From assembly GCF_001194135.2 (NCBI RefSeq), contig NC_068983.1, positions 121,750,647 through 121,788,654 of the forward strand: a stretch of DNA of 38,008 nucleotides. Direction: 5' to 3'. Shown in pieces: positions 33,690 through 38,008 of the stretch; the first letter of the stretch is position 1, and each line of letters opens with the position of its first letter. The stretch comes from Octopus bimaculoides (lineage: Eukaryota). Under the pieces are notes generated by a model that saw only the letters and a program-made list of their open reading frames with translations, was not told where the DNA came from and did no database searches. The position numbers were made by a program, and so were the translations under genes.

Positions 33690-34625
33690 ATAGTTTATTT
33701 CGTAAACTTTCCTCCACTTACAAAACAACATAGAATTGCTGGATAGCAAGAAGAGTTGTTTCAAAAACTTCAGAAAAATCATTATTTCAAAATTGAGTAA
33801 ATGAAAGCACACATTGTAAAAAATAATGACATTGAGAGAAATGGTAACAATTAAACAAGCAGACACAATTACAAATGTAGACATAAACATTTACACCGGA
33901 AAATAAACGAAAAAAAAAAGAAAGGTACAAAGAAATACACTTTTGATGTAAACAAACTGTAGCGATAGTCGAAATTTGTAAAACGTAGTTAGTAACAAAA
34001 ATATATTGCCAATGTCGCAATCCAGAAACTTTGAACTCGTAGTAGCTCTCAGAATTTTTTGTCATATCACTGGAAAAGTGGAAGTGTTTCAGAGACTTCC
34101 ACTTATGAGCTTAAGATATGGTTCGAGTTAGTTTCTGCAGTAATATCCTCCCATTCCTGTTCTTAAATCTCAGCCATTCTTTCTTCTTCTCTCCCTAGCT
34201 ATTCAGCTTCCTCGTTAATTCTATCACTTCATATGCTTCACCAAAATGTCACTACTTCATTCATATCAGGTGGGTCTTTTACTTTGATCGATTGTTTCCT
34301 CAATTAACTGTAGAATTTCCTAGCATTAGCTTTAAACATCTTAGTTTGTCCGTAAAAATTGTTTCTCTTTTCATATCTGCGAACGATCTCTTTTGCTCTC
34401 AGGACTTCATTCATGTTTATTAGATCGTACTTCTGAATAATCTTTTTAACCATTCTTGTCTTTGCATTATTTCCATTGGAAAGTGGGTCTAAGATCAATA
34501 ATTCTCACTGGAAGCGCTCAACTTTCCTCCTTTATGCGCTTTTACCACCTTGGTTGTTCATGTGCTTTTTGGGGAGCCTTTTTCTTTATTTTGGCGCCTG
34601 TTTTTTTTTTGTGGCAGCAATAGAT
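33690..34625 (-). mobile_element. Old Dong/R4-like LINE fragment (pre-RT region and first RT motifs)
   Basis: RRYEKRNNFYGQTKMFKANARKFY, then an FW/EAEW-like region and a degenerate KQL(L)... segment. The fragment abuts the (TAA)n array at 34630. Confidence 0.65.
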
Positions 34626-34627
34626 GC

Positions 34628-34629
<2 letters not shown>

Positions 34630-34700
<71 letters not shown>

Positions 34701-36400
34701 TTATGTTTAACTTGTGCTTTGCATTTGTACAAGTTGGCTCCAAGTCTCACCCAGAGACTTCAAGAAACAACAAGTTAGAAGTTTAAGTTGGCGTTATGCC
34801 TAGGGTACCATATATTTGGTTTTGTACATAGTATTGTTCGAGAGAATGTTTACGAAACCATAAGAAAATTACGGATTTATTTTAAGATTTGAGATTACAT
34901 AGACAATATTTTATGTAGGATATGGGCTGTTCCTATGAGCATTATCTTTTGAATTTCTGCCATTTTGGGGTTTCCTGGTATCTCAGCTAGGTAGGAATCA
35001 GCTCCTTTTGCTATCATTCCTAGGGCACCTATGACAACAGGTTTCCACATTTTCCTGATTTCTATTTCAAGATCTTTATACTTGCTCAGTTTTTGGTAGA
35101 TCTTGACAGATACGTTTATATCGATTGGGACAGTCATATCAATGAGGAAGCATGATTTCTGTCTGAAGTCTTTCAATATAATGTCTGGCCTATTTGCATC
35201 TATCTTTCTGTCAGTTTGAATGATGAAGTTCTAGAGGAGTGAGATGTGATCATTTTCAAGTACTGGAGCTGGTTTGTGTTCCCACCAGTTTTTATCATGA
35301 GGCAGGTCCAGGTTTTTGCAAATTACCCAGTGAATATATTGTGCAGGTCTATCATGCCTGTTCAAATACTCTGTAGGTGCAAAATGACTGCACATGGTGT
35401 TCTTCAATATGTTGGCCTGGTAGTTTCTTGTAGGTAAGCATTGACCTTGGGCTGCTATGATAAACCCTTCTATTTCTGATTTTAAGCCAGAAGCCATTAG
35501 CCATTGATGGGCAAGGGCTTTGTCAACATCGGCATTATTAGTTCTCTTTGGATATTTGCCATTGAGAGGTTTTTCTGGCCACTTATCAGTAAGAATATTT
35601 AAGGCAACAGTTTTAGCACAGGTTTTCATACGCTTAGCTTTTGCTGTGCTTGTTTCTCGTACGTCTAATTCTGGAATTTGTATTTGGAATTCACTTCGAT
35701 ATTCCTTTGCCTGTTTTGTTACTGAGTTTGATGCTTTCTTGTTTTCATGTTTTGAGACAAGTTTTAGTATCCAGTCGTCAGAGTTTTTCAGGTAGGTGTC
35801 TAGGCCAATTGTGGCAATCTTCATTGTTACTGCCAGTTGTAAAAGTCCACGGCCTCCCACTTTTCTTGGCAGATAAAATCGTTCTATATCTGCCTTAGGA
35901 TGGTGCATTCTATGCATTATCAACAGTTTTCGTATCTTTCTGTTAAGATTACATATTTCAGTAATTGACCAGTTAATGATATTGAAACTAAGTCACGACT
36001 GGAATGGCTAAAGTATTGATCGCTTCGATCCTGTTTCTTGTATTAGCTCTTGTATTAGTCTTTAATATTGCTCTGACCTTGCGATAACATTCTCTTCTGA
36101 GCCTTTCCCTCATCACTGAATGTCTGATTCCGTCCCCTTCAAATACCCGCTGTTTCTAACTCTTTTGTGACATTCTGCTGGTCAAGATTAACGTTAGATT
36201 TTCTGTCATTTTTCCTTTGATAAAGGTAGCTTTTGCACATTTATCAAAGCCAAATTGCATCCTGATGTTATCACTGAATTGTTTAACAATCGCTAATAAG
36301 CCCTTGAGTTGTTGGTCATTTTTTTGAAAAGAGCTTTAAATCATTTATGTAAATGAGATGATATTTTTAATTTCCTAAATATATTTTTGGAAAATACACA
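34630..36400 (-). mobile_element. 5'-truncated Dong/R4-clade LINE (RT 3' half, RLE endonuclease, 3' UTR, (TAA)n end)
   Basis: Segments DQQLKGLLAIVKQFSD.IRMQFG.DKCAK, HHPKADIERFYLPRKVGGRGL, YLNRHD, ANRPDII, FLIDMTVP, KLSKYKDL and PVVIGALG...TAHILHKILSM*, then a ~195-nt UTR and (TAA)n at 34630-34700. Confidence 0.9.
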
Positions 36401-36648
36401 TTTGTAATGTTACCAGTCGTTCAGCAATTTCTTCAGAAGTAATAGCAACAGGTACTCCTCACAGTATCGGTAGCAGTAGCTCTAATAACTTAAACAAACA
36501 AACCCACCAGTTATTTTTAAAAAGATAAACGATTGAAGAAAAGAAAAACAGAGAATACAAACTGTAAACAATGAGTTCTTAAGTTCAGACAAATTATACA
36601 ATAGAAAATACGCACACATACACACGCACGTACCCACGCAAATATGCG

Positions 36649-36965
<317 letters not shown>

Positions 36966-37650
36966 AATATATTGGACGATGTTAATTTGTAACGGAAAAG
37001 AAATACAGTATAAACAGTAAAAACAGAGATGGTGAACCGCCAGCGTCGCCACCATCACCATCACCACCACCAAGACCACCACCACCACCACCAACAACAA
37101 CTATAACATTTCATTTATTTAAAATATAGTCGCTCAGATAAAGAACCTTGGCCTATTTCAAAGGAAAGCAGACGGAATGGACGCGATATGTAGGAGATAA
37201 CAGCACCTCTTTGCCCAACGAATTTACTCTTGTAAGAACGAGACTGAAGATGATACTACTCTGTATTTTCATGGTTTTCGGTCTCAAAAGAGGAGTTGGA
37301 GGACTGTTTCTCTTCGCAAGCGAGGCAGGGTATATGAAAGTGTATGTCTGGTCCTTTGTAGGTAGTCACTCCTTATTCTTTTGTTGGTGGATTACCTGTA
37401 TTTGTGTTGCGTGACTTAATTTTTAGCCTATTTTATATATATATATTATTACTTTTTACACCACCTCTCATTTTTATATAAATATACACATATGCATGTA
37501 CTTAAACCTTTCCTATGTATATATGCTCATGTAGTATAACCCTCTTTTACTGTATGGGCTCTTGTAGTTAATAGACAAGTAATTATTATCATAAAAGAAA
37601 TCGTCATTATCTCATTATAATCACCACCATCATTATCAGGGTTGTTGTTG

Positions 37651-38008
37651 TTATTATTATTATTATTATTATTATTTTATGTTTGACTTTTGTTTTGCAT
37701 TTGTACAAGTTGGATCCAAGTCTCACCCAGAGACCTCAAGAGACAACAAGTTAGAAGTTCATGTAGGTGTTATGCCTAGGGTACCATATATTTGGATTTG
37801 TACAGTTTTGTTCAAGTGAATGTTTAAGAAACCATAAGAAAATTATGTGTTTGCTTTAAAATTTGAGATCACATAGACAGTATTTTACGTAGGATATGGG
37901 CAGTTCCCATGAGCACTATCTTTTGAACTTCAGCCATTTTGGGGTTTCCTGGTATCTGAGCTAGGTAGTAATCAGCCCGTTTCGCTGTCATTCCCAGGGC
38001 ACCTATGA
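37651..38008 (-). mobile_element. 3' end of a second Dong/R4-clade LINE copy, running off the window
   Basis: IGALGMTAKRADYYLAQIPGNPKMAEVQKIVLMGTAHILRKILSM*; the 3' UTR is closely similar to 34700-34895, with (TAA)n at 37651-37676. Confidence 0.92.

Overview
Eukaryotic, AT-rich, repeat-dense draft-assembly sequence with ten N-gaps (~4.1 kb in total). The SINE families, RLE-type (Dong/R4-like) LINEs and TA/CA/GATA microsatellites suggest a cephalopod, probably Octopus; this is inference, not proven here. The only good host-gene candidate is one minus-strand coding exon (~7331-7753) encoding a basic patch, a transmembrane helix and a canonical GTGAGT donor; I do not recognise the gene. The rest is mostly decayed mobile DNA: two mariner fragments, a Tc1 pseudogene, several tRNA-head SINEs, five RLE LINE fragments, an L1/Tx1-like ORF1 without ORF2, a decayed Penelope-like element (PLE), and fold-back/MITE-like inverted repeats. 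No CRISPR arrays, rRNA or bona fide tRNA genes were found. The most interesting signal is a set of type I hammerhead-ribozyme motifs that the ORF track does not show. Three of them (13844-13950, 18199-18334, 28408-28517) share one design: an 80-105 nt stem-II insert and a 4-nt palindromic stem-III loop. A compact fourth motif lies on the minus strand at 25911-25937. PLE-linked hammerheads are known in general; whether this long-stem-II design is undescribed or active cannot be decided from the sequence.
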